64,000 nt of DNA from Eledone cirrhosa (Eukaryota), in contig OZ024742.1 in the NCBI GenBank assembly GCA_964016885.1, forward strand, positions 340,318,001 to 340,382,000, in the 5' to 3' direction. Below the pieces are notes generated by a model. It searched no databases. It worked only from the letters and a program-made list of their open reading frames with translations, and was not told where the DNA came from. Each line of letters begins with the position of its first letter. The first letter of the stretch is position 1. The translations under genes and the position numbers were made by a program. Positions 27,377 through 42,811 of the stretch are shown piece after piece.

Positions 27377-28364
27377 CGGTGGCGGTGTTTGTGCCGGTGT
27401 TACTGATATTGGTGTTAGCGGGGTTTGTTGTTGTTCTTGATGATGATGGTAGAGGTTGTTGTGGTGGTGATGGCGGTGGTAAGAACTGATTATAGTGCTG
27501 GTACTGCTGCTAGTGGTATTGGGGTGGCTTTTGTGATGTCGGCGTTGGTGTCGTTCTCAGTGGTGCTGGTGGTGCTGAACATCGCCATGGGAAGCAGGAA
27601 CTTCAATGTAACTAAGCAGAAAGCGGTGCCTTTGCCCAGTCAGCCAATAGAAGAGGAGAAGTTATATTTGCAATTGTTACTTAGAAAGAAAAGTGATAGC
27701 AAAGTATTAATTATTTAAAGTAATTGAGAACAATTATGTGAGAGGCTATTAAAACCTATGCAGACAAGTCCGGCGAACCACCAGGGAACGAATGAGCGCT
27801 CGACTGGTGGCGCCCACTGGTGCATAGCTGGTTAATTAAGGGCAGAGAATAGATGAGTAATGTATGCATTTGTATTTAGGAGACAGAAGAAGAATATGGT
27901 GTAAAAGAGAAAAAAGAAAACCACATAAAGAAAATATAACTAAAATATGGAAGGATGATAAAAGGGGAAAAAAATGAATGAAAAGAAGAAAAAATTAAAG
28001 GACGATGAAAGAACGAAAATAAAAGAAAAACACTGATAATTAAAAGAAACATAAAGAAAAATACACAGAAGAATATCCCACAATGAAGGAGAGATGTGAA
28101 GAATATAAAGTATAATAAACATAATAAATAAATAATGACGACGCCATGAAATGTTTCTTTGCACTTGTCAACGCTGCAATTTGCTATTGTTACAACAATA
28201 ATTTCTCTTGTTGTTGTTATTATTGTTGTTGATTAATCCCTGGTCAGCAGCATAGATCGAGCAGGCCTATGATTAAAAGCATTCCAGCCGTGACCATCAC
28301 AGCTTTTTTAAAATTAAATCTTTTTCAAGCAAGTTTTATTATGTCATTATAACATTATGTTGGT

Positions 28365-30372
28365 TGGGTGAATTGGTAGTATCGGTAGAGAGTCGGACGC
28401 CATGCTTTGACGCATAGAGTTACGGCCCTTGCCATTCTGAGTTCGAATTCCGCCGAGGTTAACTTTTCCCTTCAACCTTACAGGGTCGATAAAATAAAGT
28501 ACCAGTAGTGTAGTGGGTAATTGCAAGCCTTGTGCCAATAGTAGAAACAATTATAACATTGTCATATCGTTAACGTTGGTTATTCCTGTTGTTGTTGTTG
28601 TTGTTGTTGTGGTTGTTTAGCCCTAGGTCAACACGGTTCTAGCAGACCTTTTTCAAAAGCCTTCCAGTAGTCACCATTAGATCATGTTTTAAGATGTAGT
28701 GTATCTAGATACAACAATTTCAAAGATTTGGCTGCTCCTTTTAGCAAATTGAGAGACCACATGATTGCTGCTGTTGTTGTTGTTGTTTAATCTCAGGACA
28801 CCAGCACTGATCATGCAAATCTATGATTAATGGCATTCATTTTAACGGTGAATATCCCATTTTATTATTATTGTTATTATTTTTGCTTAAGATCTCATTA
28901 TGTCCTTTCGTTTTTGTTGTTGTTGAATTTTAACCCGAGGTTAACCATGAGCTAACATATCTATGACCAATGCCGTTCCAACAATGACCCTCCCATATTA
29001 TTTTCATTGGTAGGGCGGTGAATTGGCAGTATCGGTAGAGGGTTGGACGCCATGTTTTCTAGCATAGTTACGTCCCTTTTCGGTCTGAGTTCAAATCCCG
29101 CCGAGGTTAACTTTGCCTTTCATCCTTAAGGGCTCGATAAAATAAAGTACCAGTAATGTACTGGGTAATTGCTGGCCTTGTGCCTAAAGTAGAAACAATT
29201 ATTTTCATTGGTAGTATTGGTAGAGGGTCAGACGCCATGCTTTGACGCATAAAGTTACGGCCTTTGCAATTCTGAGTTCAGATCCCGCCGAGGTTAACTT
29301 TGCCTTTCATCCTTATGGGGTCGATAAAATAAAGTACCAGTAATCCACGGGGTAATTGCTGGCCTTGTGCCAAAAGTAGAAACAATTATTTTCAGACGTA
29401 TTGTATCTAAGGGATACGTTGTACAACACATCCTTCTTTATGACGAATCAGAATGCAATTTGAGTGATATTTTGCAGATAATTTTAGCCGGTCGATTGAC
29501 CAGGAAAAAGCCCTATCGTATTTCTTGGTTATTATAGCTGTCCAAGTTGATTAATTCCAGGACAGCGGCTCTGGCCAACCATAGATATGATTAAAGACAA
29601 TCCACTCGAAACTATTCCGTCTTTTTTTTTTTAATTTCTATATCATTTTTCGTATATGGTACTAATACTACCTTATATTCTTCGTCGTTGTTGATTAACT
29701 CTTTAGGGCAGAGACAATGATGATGAAGTAAAATACTGTTCAAGGACTTTCTAATAGTGACCATCCCAGCTTATACTAAAACATAGTAAATCCAATGTTA
29801 TGTTATCCAGTATAATTTTAGAGAAATTTTACTGTTAGTATTAATAGGTTATGTGACCTATAACATTTTAGTAGTAATGGTTTTCAATTGTTATTGTTAG
29901 CAGATTCGTTGTTATTATGTATTCATGGATTAGGGCGGTGGATTGGCAGTATCGGTAGAGGATCGGACGCCATGCTGTGCAGCATAGAGTTATGGCCCTC
30001 TACGGTCTAAGTTCAAATCCCACCGAGGTTAACTTTGCCTTTCCTCCTTACGGGGTCGATAAAATAAAGCACCAGTAATGTACTGGGGTCGATTTAATCG
30101 ACTTCCCCCTCCCCCAAATTACTGGCCTTGTGCCTATATAAGAAATCAATATTTATTCATGGATTGGCAGTAATCGATAGAGCGTCGGACAACATGTTTC
30201 AAGGCACATAGTTAAGTCTCTTTAGGTTCTGAGTTCAAATCGCGCCGAGGTCAGCTTTGCATGTCATCCTTACGGGGTCGATAAAATAAAGTACCAGTAA
30301 TGCACTGGGGTCAGTTTAATCGACTCCCCCCCCCCCCACAATCTGTTGGCCTTGTGTCTAAATCAGAAACCA
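28365..30372 (+). mobile_element. Cluster of five Meta-core tRNA SINEs (~28365-28552, 29013-29200, 29207-29388, 29933-30148, 30161-30372)
   Basis: A box TGGCAGTATCGG, B box GAGTTCAAATC, core GCCTTTCATCCTTACGGGGTCGATAAAATAAAGTACCAG. Nested target duplications: attattttcattggtag and tattcatggatt. Confidence 0.88.
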
Positions 30373-30810
30373 TTATCTATTAGCAGGGAAAAATTAATGG
30401 AGCAGACTTATGATCAAAGACATTCCAACAATGAGTATCACATCACGCGTTGATTTATCTTTATCACGTAACGCCTGATGCAGCGCCGTCGTGACATAGG
30501 TCGTGGTGCTGGCATCTAACTCTTCAAGAGAGCATCCATTTGTGGAGTCATAGCAGCGCCGTTGACATATGTCGAGATGCAGGGTTCTAACACAGAGACC
30601 ATCCATTGGTAGGCGGGTCCACAACAGATTGCTATCAAAGAAAGGGAAAAAGTATGAAAGAAAGGAGGAAGAACGTGTCTTAATATTAATTTCCCTCATA
30701 TTTTAGTCTCTCTCTTTTTCTCTCTCTCCCCCTATCTCTCTCTTTCTTTCTCTCTCTCTTCTCCCCTCTTTCTTTCACTTTCTCTCTCTCTTTAACTCTC
30801 TTTCTTACTC

Positions 30811-30866
<56 letters not shown>

Positions 30867-30945
30867 ATTTCTTATTCCCCCTCTTTCACACACTCTCCCT
30901 CCCTCTCTCTCCACCTCTCAATTTCTCTCTCACTCTCTCTTTCTC

Positions 30946-30990
<45 letters not shown>

Positions 30991-31230
30991 TTGTCCATCT
31001 CCCTGTCTTTCATGCCGTCCCTATTAGTCTAACAAACATAAATTTCAACCCTTTTAAAAATAATTTCCGGTTCCTTTTCGGAAGAGAATGATATTCCGTA
31101 GGGACCGGAAGTCTACAGAATATATTATGTAGCTATGGCATAATTACACGAAGTATTTTCTACACAGCTTCTATCATAGATGTTGACTGCATTATGTTAA
31201 ACTCTATCAAACGCATACCTCTTATACATA

Positions 31231-31270
<40 letters not shown>

Positions 31271-31274
31271 GGGG

Positions 31275-31358
<84 letters not shown>

Positions 31359-31377
31359 CACGCATATATATACGTAC

Positions 31378-31409
<32 letters not shown>

Positions 31410-31481
31410 GTATGTATATATATATATGTAAATGTATATGTATATATATATATATATAAATATATATATATATACTGTACT

Positions 31482-31537
<56 letters not shown>

Positions 31538-31562
31538 TATATACATACATATATATATATAT

Positions 31563-31593
<31 letters not shown>

Positions 31594-31688
31594 CATACAT
31601 ACATATATATATATACATACATACATATATATATATATATATTTTTTTTTTTATTATTGTTTCTCTCTTGTTGCTGAATTTCGTGTTG

Positions 31689-31756
<68 letters not shown>

Positions 31757-32292
31757 CAACACGAAATTCAGCAACAAGAGAGAAACAATAATAAAAAAAT
31801 CGAAATAGAGTCGCTAGAAGAATCTAATCTAATCATGACCATACCATTAACCCTTACCATATTAACAACAACAACAACAACACACTAAATAACATCAATA
31901 TCAACACCGTAAACTAGATATTACGTTGTGTTTTGCCGACGTCATTGATGTTGGTGTTGATATCATATCAACAACTATAGCATAACGAACGAAAAATATG
32001 ATAAAACCATAAACAACAAGAGACGTTAAAGCAGTTGCAGTAACAAAAGCAATAAGTGAGATATAAACAACAAGAAGCCTCACAACAATAGCAACAACAG
32101 GAGCGAAGTTACCATCCTAATCTTACATACAATGGATGTTTACCCTTGTATATGCATCAGCTCCCTAAAGCACTGAAGAACAACAGAATATGTTAATGCA
32201 TATATACACACATTCATATGTTACATACATACATAGATAGATGCATACATACATATACAAGTATGTATATATGTACACCCACCCACACACAC

Positions 32293-32377
<85 letters not shown>

Positions 32378-32532
32378 TATATATATATATATATATTTGA
32401 ATATGAAATGTATGTTTATATATTAATATACATATATATAGACACATCTTATGCTTTAGTGCCTTAGAGAGCTGACCTGAGTGTATATGAGTGTGTAATG
32501 TAGAATATAAACACACTCACGCACACATATAT

Positions 32533-32583
<51 letters not shown>

Positions 32584-32706
32584 CATACATACACACATAT
32601 TGCGAGAGAGCGTTCCATGTATATAGTCACTCGGCAACACATTCCATTACACGGATATGGTGGATATGATTCGGCATGTCAAATACCGTTATTCAATTCA
32701 TGTGTG

Positions 32707-32966
<260 letters not shown>

Positions 32967-33640
32967 GAGAGAAAGAAAGAGAGGGTGTGTGTTAGATAGT
33001 TATTAGGCTTTCATCATTACACCGTATCATAGGTATTTGGGTGTGTGCACGGGTGTGTGTGTATGTATATGTGTGTATGTATATGTGAGAGTGCACCTGT
33101 GTCTGTGTGTGTGTGAGAGAGAGAGTGCGCCTGTGTGTGTATATATGTCTGTATGTGCGAGAGTAAGCCTGTATGAGTATGTGCAAGTTTGCGACTGAGT
33201 CTGTGTGACATTCACATGCTTATTTAGATGTGAATCTACCATAAAATTAACAAGCAGATCGAAACGACCTCTGCACCTAAGAGCATGTTAATGTTGAAAG
33301 TGATTCCATAGAAAAAAACATGCTTGAGTCACCCATATTGGGTTTGTTTATATAATTTTTTATCTATTCATTTAATGATATTATGTTTTACAGATTGATT
33401 TTTAAAATCAATCGTTATTTTATTTCATGCGTATATATATATATATACATATATATATATACACACATATATATATATATACACACACACGCATATATAT
33501 ATATGTGTGTGTGGTGTGTTTGTTTGTATATATATATATGTATATATATTATATGTATATAGCCTTTGATATATACACTACTTTAATTTAAATGCATTAA
33601 ATGCATTTGTAGATGTGGTGCATTTTCTATAGACGAGCAT

Positions 33641-33709
<69 letters not shown>

Positions 33710-33728
33710 CAGAAGGAGAGAGAAAGAA

Positions 33729-33771
<43 letters not shown>

Positions 33772-33946
33772 AAGAGAGAGGGGGGGGGGGGGGGCGGTTG
33801 TGAATGGGACCAAAAGAAAATGAGAAAGAATTGGTGAACATAGATAGATATAGAGATAAATATATGAGTGCGGGGGGAATTATTTAGCATCCAACATGCT
33901 TTGAATATAATATTACATACGTATAACTGTATACATATGTATATAC

Positions 33947-34004
<58 letters not shown>

Positions 34005-34341
34005 TCATCATCATCATCATCACCATTTTCCGGCTGCTTTTCCCTGCTTGCAAGGCTGGGACGGGTCCTATTCAGCACAGCATCTCTCCACTTGTCTGTA
34101 TTTGTGTATGTATATATGTGAGTGCACCTGTGTCTGTATGTGTGTGTGTATGTGTGAGAATGCGCCTGTGTATATGTCAGAATGCGCCTGTGTGTGTATG
34201 TATATATATATATGTAAATATATATTTGTATATACAGTCTTTTTTTTGGGGGGGGGGGGGGCAAGTTTTTTTGTTATCTTTGAGACTTTTACGTGCTTCC
34301 ATTGTATCACCAGCTTTCATTTGTTGTGGTCAAGTTGATTT

Positions 34342-34499
<158 letters not shown>

Positions 34500-34619
34500 A
34501 TACATATATATACACGTGTGTGTATATGAATTATTGATGTTCAGCAAATTTTCTATCTGCCTATCAATAATCTTGACGCGTAAATATATGTCGTAATATA
34601 GATAAATATCTTTCCCCCA

Positions 34620-34652
<33 letters not shown>

Positions 34653-34675
34653 CACACATGTATATATATATATAT

Positions 34676-34761
<86 letters not shown>

Positions 34762-35029
34762 ATAAATAAATTTGCTTGCATGTATATGCTAGTGTGTATA
34801 TATATGTATAAATCTACATATCTACATATGCAGCATATTTATGATATTGACATATTTTCGTCTAATATGGAACCATCTATTTAGTACAATTGTCTCCTAC
34901 ATTCCTGTCTCCTTTTATTTTACTATATTTTATATAATATATATAATATATATATATATATACGTATACACACATATGAATATACATATATTATATTTCG
35001 ATAGATATATCTATATATCTATATATCTA

Positions 35030-35060
<31 letters not shown>

Positions 35061-35062
<2 letters not shown>

Positions 35063-35325
35063 AGTAAGTATGTTTTGAAACAGTACAGTGAGCAGGTTTG
35101 AAATTAGAAAATAGAATAGCTTTCACCGTATTTTTGACTAAAGAAATATTAGCCTGATAATGGGGTTTAGAACCCTCAGATAAATGGAAAAAGATGAGTA
35201 TTGACGTACGTGGGTATTGACTCCTATGTACGTCAATACTCATTTTTCTTCATTTATCTGAGGGCTCTAAACCCCATTATCAGGCTAAACTTTTTTTAGT
35301 CAAAAATACGGTGAAAGCTATTCTA

Positions 35326-35333
<8 letters not shown>
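35061..35333. mobile_element. TA-flanked palindrome centred on a tRNA-like T-arm; same family as 54483-54738
   Basis: Arms 35108-~35212 and ~35222-35330; left tail starts caagtaag, as in the 54483 copy. Confidence 0.75.
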
Positions 35334-35381
<48 letters not shown>

Positions 35382-35385
<4 letters not shown>

Positions 35386-35538
35386 TGGATCATAACGCAC
35401 CAAATTACTCAATACCTAGGGTAGTAGAGTGGGTAATAGGAACAAGTATGACCCCGACGGCACAGCTGAAGCCGTTTCGACTGCTATTTCTATAGCCGTC
35501 GAAACGGCTTGAGCTCTGCCGTCGGGGTCATACTTGTT

Positions 35539-35541
<3 letters not shown>
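35382..35541. mobile_element. F-family fold-back copy
   Basis: ...gccgtttcgactgctatttctatagccgtcgaaacggcttgagctc...cctat followed by (TA)n. Confidence 0.75.
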
Positions 35542-35601
<60 letters not shown>

Positions 35602-37150
35602 ATGTTGTTGACGGTCGAGAGGAAAGGAGTACTCAATCCCGAAGTAGAACTTAAATATATATATATAAAGGTTACACCGGGTTTGTTGTACAGCGCTTCA
35701 AATCATGGATACCTGAAAACGTCAACACTAGGCATGTAGACATTTCTTCCCACATGATAATATACCGACATAAATATTGGTTTCTGATTTGGGCAGAAGG
35801 CCAACTATTTTGGGATAGGGGAGAGTCGGTGTAAACGACCTTAGTGTATTACTGATATTTTATTTTACCCACCCCGTAAGTATGAAAAGCAACTAATCTA
35901 GACAGGATTTGTAACTCAAATCGTAAAGGGGCGCAACGTTTGACATAAATATTTCTATAAATGTAGGTATTTATTTAATTGTGTTTTAAGGAGTTGGATA
36001 TACCATATAAATATGTTGAATCTATTTCTCTTGACAGAAATAATCTAGTCTGGAGTAAAAGATGTTTGTTGGAAACAAAAATGTATGCATAAGATCTCTG
36101 GAAAGATACTACTTATTTAAACAGAGAAACATATGTTGTTGCTCAACAAGTACTCATGGGTTGCAAATAATAGGGGTCATGTGGAATAAGTGGTGTTGTT
36201 GGAATAAGTGAGGTAGTTGGACTAAACGGGCATGGGGCTTGGAAAATCGGTAATTTTTCTGGACATCTCCATTGAGTTTTCTTAGAATTAGTCGTCAAGT
36301 TTACATATTGAGACCCCAACCCATCCTATTTATCTTATAACGTATGAGATTTCTAGTAATGTACTTTTTTGTTATGTACAATGATTTTTAATGTCTAAAG
36401 AAAATTAATTGTGGCAGGAATGCTACCACTTAAAATAAAATTTCGCCGGAGATAGAATAGCAAAATTTAATAAGCGGCGCTGTGGTCAATTATTTGCGAC
36501 CCGAGAGTAAAGGAAATTGTGCCTCATGCCATGGTTGCATAGAAACGTCCAAACCATTCATGCGGGATTTTTCTTCTCACCTGATAATAAAAAGACATAA
36601 ATATTGCTATAAATTTACCTATTTATTTAATCCTGATTTATGGAGTTGAACATGTTATATAAAGACTTCAAATATATTGCTCTCGACAGAAATAAATGGA
36701 TGTTGATCTAGTCTGTGGTAAAAGATGAAGAAAACAATGAAAGTTTACACAAGATCTACTTTGCTAAACTCGAACATGTAGTAAACTAACCATGTAGTAA
36801 AGGATGATTTTTAAGGTTGGCTGAAGTTCACATTTCTGTATTCGTCTTCATACAGTTGGTCCAAATTACACACATTCCATTTCAGTAGATACACTCATAT
36901 GCCACATTTGTAATAAAGTATGTGAGTCATGCGCCAGTATAAATAAGAATTTGAATAGCCACAAACCAGACAATTCAAGTAAAACTGTGACTTTTCAGGT
37001 GAGACATACTTGCACTCTTTGAAATAAAATTTCTAAACAGCTATCAGAGCTCAAGAGTAACATATGTACCAAAAAATGTACCAACAATGTACATCTGATG
37101 AAAGGTAGTCAAGCTTTGTGTAAGAGCTGACTACCAGCCATGTATTGTAC

Positions 37151-37185
<35 letters not shown>

Positions 37186-37188
<3 letters not shown>

Positions 37189-37370
37189 GAAAGCACGAAC
37201 GAGGATAATTTCCCTTCATCAGCTGTCTGCTGGAGATCACGGACATTTCTACGTAGAAATGTCCGTGATCTCCGGCAGACAACTGATGAAGGGAAATTAT
37301 CCCCCGTTGGTGCTTTCCTCTTTTTTCTAAATGCCCTTTATCCAGCAACCACACGGCCTCTGTTTTTTCT
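37186..37370. mobile_element. TA-flanked palindrome (37186-37320, centre CTACGTAG) containing CTGATGA
   Basis: ~65-bp inverted arms with no spacer; the right arm is extended by ~50 nt. Confidence 0.75.
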
Positions 37371-37565
37371 ATATATATATATAATATGGTGCCAAGATTG
37401 TCCGAAGAAAGAGATCATGTGAACAAAGCACTCTATGTAATGTACAGATCCTGATGATCACTAAACATAGAATATCTTTGACCTATGCAGGTTGAAGTTT
37501 GAAACTTTAAGTAGTATACATTTGTGTTGAGTTCTTATTCATATAATATATATATATCGACAGGC

Positions 37566-37773
37566 GATCGACTTTCGTCATACCGGACCGAGGAAACAAT
37601 GTTTCCATTGGTCTTTCCAAATACTAATACTATCTATCGGTCGCAAATCCAAGCAGAATGGGCAACGTGAAATAAAGTGTCTTGCTCAAGGACATAACGG
37701 ATCGCCCGGTCCGGGAATCGAAAGCACAACCTCATGATTGCAAATCCAATTCTCTAACCATTCAGCCATGCGC
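37566..37773 (-). mobile_element. tRNA-derived SINE (GTCCTTGAGCAAGACACTTTA type)
   Basis: Minus-strand A/B boxes (TGGCTGAATGG, TTCGATTCC); sister copy at 41414-41622. Confidence 0.75.
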
Positions 37774-38382
37774 TTTGTATACATCAATAACATCGTGGAA
37801 AGTGATATGTTATCCATTCAAGTACATATAAATGCTTTTAACTTCATTTGATTCTTTCATTTATTTTTTGGTGTCAAAATTTTCGTCGATCAGGTTTCCC
37901 TCTGCTCAATATTCCAGCTTTAGTCGACCTGATTTAGTGACCAAGTCGCTAACAGTATCATGAGGTTTAAAATAAATATAAAGTGAAGTTTTTGTATATT
38001 TTGAAGAACTAAGATCTTATTTTTCCACCATGTAATTGTTTTAATTTCAACACATAGTGTCAGATCAGGTTAACAACTATTTATATGTATATGTGTTGTG
38101 TGTGTTTGCATGTGTACGTGCGTGTGTGCATTTGTATATATGTTTGCATTTATATCTGCCGAAAAATTATCTGACTTTAATATCATCGCAGGAAGTAATG
38201 AGATTATGGAGACAGAATTGAGCAGTGGGGAGCTGCATAGATTCCTATGAATGCAAGGTACTTCGGCGAGCTTGCTGAATGTGTCAGTCGATATCAGTCA
38301 GTCAGCGTGTGACGTGCTGTACAACTTACTCGTCGGAATTCCATTACCCCGTTAGTGTCAAGTGTCAATAAATATTCGGTGT

Positions 38383-38590
38383 TTCTGAATAGCCTGATAA
38401 CTGGTGATGAGACATGAAGGTAGGGGTACAACCCAGAAACCAATCCATGGTAACATGAAACGTGATTAAGGCCCATAAAACATGCGGAGTCAAATCAAAG
38501 TATTTCTTTGATGAATACTCAACAGAAGGATGATTCGTTACAAAGCTGTTTTACCAGGAAGTTCACCAACATCTCTGTGAAGACTACTGC
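38383..38590 (+). pseudogene. Mariner transposase remnant
   Basis: FLNSLITGDET*R*GYNPET matches the mariner (I)TGDETW...Y.PE motif. Confidence 0.65.
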
Positions 38591-38964
38591 CCAAGCGACC
38601 CGAATTATGGGGGCCTCACGAAACTAGCAGCTGCATCGCGACAACACTCCCAATCATACTTCCGAGCTAATACAAGGGTTCTTGATAATATAATAATAAA
38701 ATAGGGCCTTGATAATCCCAGATTTCATGATAATTTTTTATCCTATTACTCGGTCCTATTACTCTCAAGACACGGATCCTACTGAGCTTTTGAGATAGGA
38801 AATACACCATGACGATTGAGATAATGGAATTGAAAGAGTGAAAGGATAGCTGAGCTAAATGTGTGAAGTTACAACAGGATTTCTTCCTCTGAGACCAAAT
38901 ATTTGATCAACACCAAGTACGTTGTTTTTCACAGTCTAACTTTAGATAACTTTTAACAGACATC

Positions 38965-39064
<100 letters not shown>

Positions 39065-39223
39065 TTGTGTGTGCAAGTATATATAATTATATATATATGC
39101 ACACGCATACATTTCCACATATATATATTTATATACTTATGTAAATGCATGTAGATATATATATTAATATAAATACATACACACACACACATATATATAT
39201 ATGTGTGTGTGTGTGTATATATG

Positions 39224-39295
<72 letters not shown>

Positions 39296-39404
39296 TACAT
39301 GCAGGCCCACTCCCACATATATGAATATATATATGTATATATATATATGCATATATATATATGTGTGTGTATATATATATATTCATATATCTATATACAT
39401 ATAT

Positions 39405-39489
<85 letters not shown>

Positions 39490-39737
39490 GAGGGGGGGGG
39501 GGTGAAAGAGAAAGCGAGATAGGAGAGAGGGAGGGAGAGAGATACACATAGATATTTAGAATGTTTATGTATGTATAATGTCTGCCGAAACCTGAATACA
39601 TCCAAACGCAGGATATGATATCAAAAGTCTTACCAAACCTATAATCATCATTTGTCAATATTCCTGCTGTGCTAGCTTATTAGCATATCTATGTAAGTAA
39701 ATTGTGTTGGATTATAATTACTGGATAGCCTATCTTA

Positions 39738-39778
<41 letters not shown>

Positions 39779-39854
39779 ATCTATCTATCTATCTATAATA
39801 TATATATATATCACTATATATATACTAACAATCTATCTGCTCTTTATTTTTTAT

Positions 39855-39920
<66 letters not shown>

Positions 39921-39966
39921 TATATATATATACATATACATATACATATATATATATGAGTCTCTC

Positions 39967-39997
<31 letters not shown>

Positions 39998-40289
39998 CAC
40001 TCTCTCACTCTCTCTCTCTCTCTCTCTTTCTCTCTGTATGGGTATAGATTTATAATAAAAGCATAAGTATAATTGTATTTATTTATCTACATGCGTGTGA
40101 ATCTAGATAATCTCTAATTACACAAATATGTATATATGTATTTATATATATATGTATATATGGTATGTATTTATGTATGTATTTATTTATGTATGTATGT
40201 ATGTATGTATGATTTGCATCTATGTATGTATGTATGTATGTATGTATGTATGTATGTATATATGTATGTATGTATATATATATATATAC

Positions 40290-40322
<33 letters not shown>

Positions 40323-40450
40323 CATGTGTGTCTAGAGAGCGACATATTTTAAAATAGTTCTACTCTACCACAGTGCGTTATCTAAAAGTTTTACTCCATT
40401 GCCAGCTTCTAATCACCTGGACATTGCTAAAGCGAGACATGGTATTGAAT

Positions 40451-40516
<66 letters not shown>

Positions 40517-41413
40517 ACAGACACACAGACACACAGACACACACACACAGACACACACATGTACACAAATATTTATGTACATATGCAAATATATAACGAA
40601 AGCCTCTTCACAGGTTTCGGCTACTCTTTAGCAAGCCTTTTCATGTACGTTCTTTTCAAACAATAAAACTTCCTAGGCAGCTTTACCTAGGCCTAATTCC
40701 TATTAAAGCAGCCTAAAACTAGAAGGCTTCACTATGTTCCCTTACAGCAGTTTCCAGAACCAAGAAACAGCATTGACTATCTCAATAGACTAAAACAGTC
40801 CATCTTGCAAGAAAATACTTTCATAGTGGGATTCTTTTAAAGTAAAAGAAAATATAAATATGATTTATTGGAAATTGACTCATAGGGAAATATGATTGTG
40901 AAGTTTTCTTGTTTCAGATTAATTACTTATACTAGGAATCTACCCCTCGGTAATTTAGTATAAGTTATTCTATATGTATATGCTTCTCTGTATTAAATAT
41001 ATTTTAGTGATCTTTTTATTGAGATGTTCTGTATATTGCTGACTCTGTTTACGGACTCTGTTTATTAAAATATTTATATTATTTTTTAAATGTTCTTATA
41101 CATTAGAAGAATCCCTCTGATGAAATTATCTTCTTGCAGGATGAACTGCCTTAGTCTATTGAGATAGTCAAAGGTGTCAGCTGAAGGTTTTCAAAATGTT
41201 TATTTATAAACATACCGTATATCGCCATATATATATATATATATATGTGTGTGTATATATATATATATATATATAGTAAATGAATGAAAAATAACATGGC
41301 CGGCTGTACAAATAGGGTTTATGTACCGTATTAACAATTGTTTCATTAATCAGGTGATTCTAATATATATATATATATGCATGTGTGTGTATGTATATAT
41401 GTATATATAGGAT

Positions 41414-41622
41414 CGATCGACTTTCGTCAAATCGAACCGAAGAAACAATGTTTCCGTTGATCTTTCCAATTGCTAATACTATCTATCGGTCGCAACTCCA
41501 GGTAGAAGGAGCAAAGTGAAATAAAGTGTCTTGTTCAAGGACATAACGCATCGCCCTGTGCAGGAATCGAACTTACAATCTCAAGATTGTGGATCCAATT
41601 CTCTAACCACTCAGCCACACGC
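41414..41622 (-). mobile_element. tRNA-derived SINE
   Basis: Homologous to 37566-37773. Confidence 0.75.
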
Positions 41623-41940
41623 ATTCTTTCATCTTTTATGTGTATATATATATGATTTAATTCCTTTAAATCTTCATCAACACTCCTACACCCCCACACT
41701 CATTAACATCCCCACCAGACACACCCAAATCTCTTATATATAGATTCACACATCACAACAACTTGAGATGAGTTTGACAATCGCCACCCACGAATGCGAG
41801 AAATTTCTCCAGGAAAGTTAATCAGGAATCTTTAAAAAATCTCCCGACTGAAGTTAACAAAGAACTTACAAAACCAAATTATATAATATTAAATTGTTTA
41901 GAACTACAAGTGAAGTCATTCTTTTCCTTTTTTCAAGTAT

Positions 41941-41983
<43 letters not shown>

Positions 41984-42686
41984 TAAGAAATATATATATA
42001 TGTGTGTATGTGTACGTGCGTGTGTGTATAGTTAGAGAGAGGGAGAGAAAGAGAAAGAAATGCGATGTGAGAAAGAATTACAGAGAAGGGGAACAACCGC
42101 AGCACTATTAACCTCGAAATCCAAGTTTATCTTGCCGGTATTTGAACTCAGAACTCACAGAGTTCTAATACTGAAAAGTCTTCTCTTTGCCGCTCTCACG
42201 ACACTGCCAGTCAATCGCTAGAAATCAATACATATGCTATTTACTCGAGTAATTTCCAGTTATACGGCTTTTTATCTTAGTAATTCCTAATAAAATGGCA
42301 ATTTGTTCAAATAATTCGTAATAAAACGGATGTTTACTTCACTAATTCGTAATAAAATAGATATTTATTTAAGTAATTTGTAGTAATGTGTCAAATTATA
42401 TTGGTAATAAGAATGGTTGACATTCAGATAATCTTTTTAAGTCCACCTCAGGTATTGACCGTTACACATGGTTATTAAAAAACAAAAGCAGAAGTCATAG
42501 AAGGAATCACTAAACAGAAATAGTGGTATACACTGCACGATTGTCACTCCCACTCTACCCCCTCTCTCTCTGACACTTATCTCTCACCCTCCCCTTTTCT
42601 CTCACCCCTCTCTCTCTATATACATATCTGTGTGTGATTATCTTTTTCTCTCACTATATATAGAGAGAAAGAGATAATCACACACA

Positions 42687-42811
<125 letters not shown>

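Noticed and set aside
40606-41172. Further HHR-like relics (ATGAAAA...GAAA on minus at 40606-40648; CTGATGA in the inverted pair 40772-40840 / 41107-41172)
   Set aside because: Too decayed to assign stems; probably the same class but not supportable.
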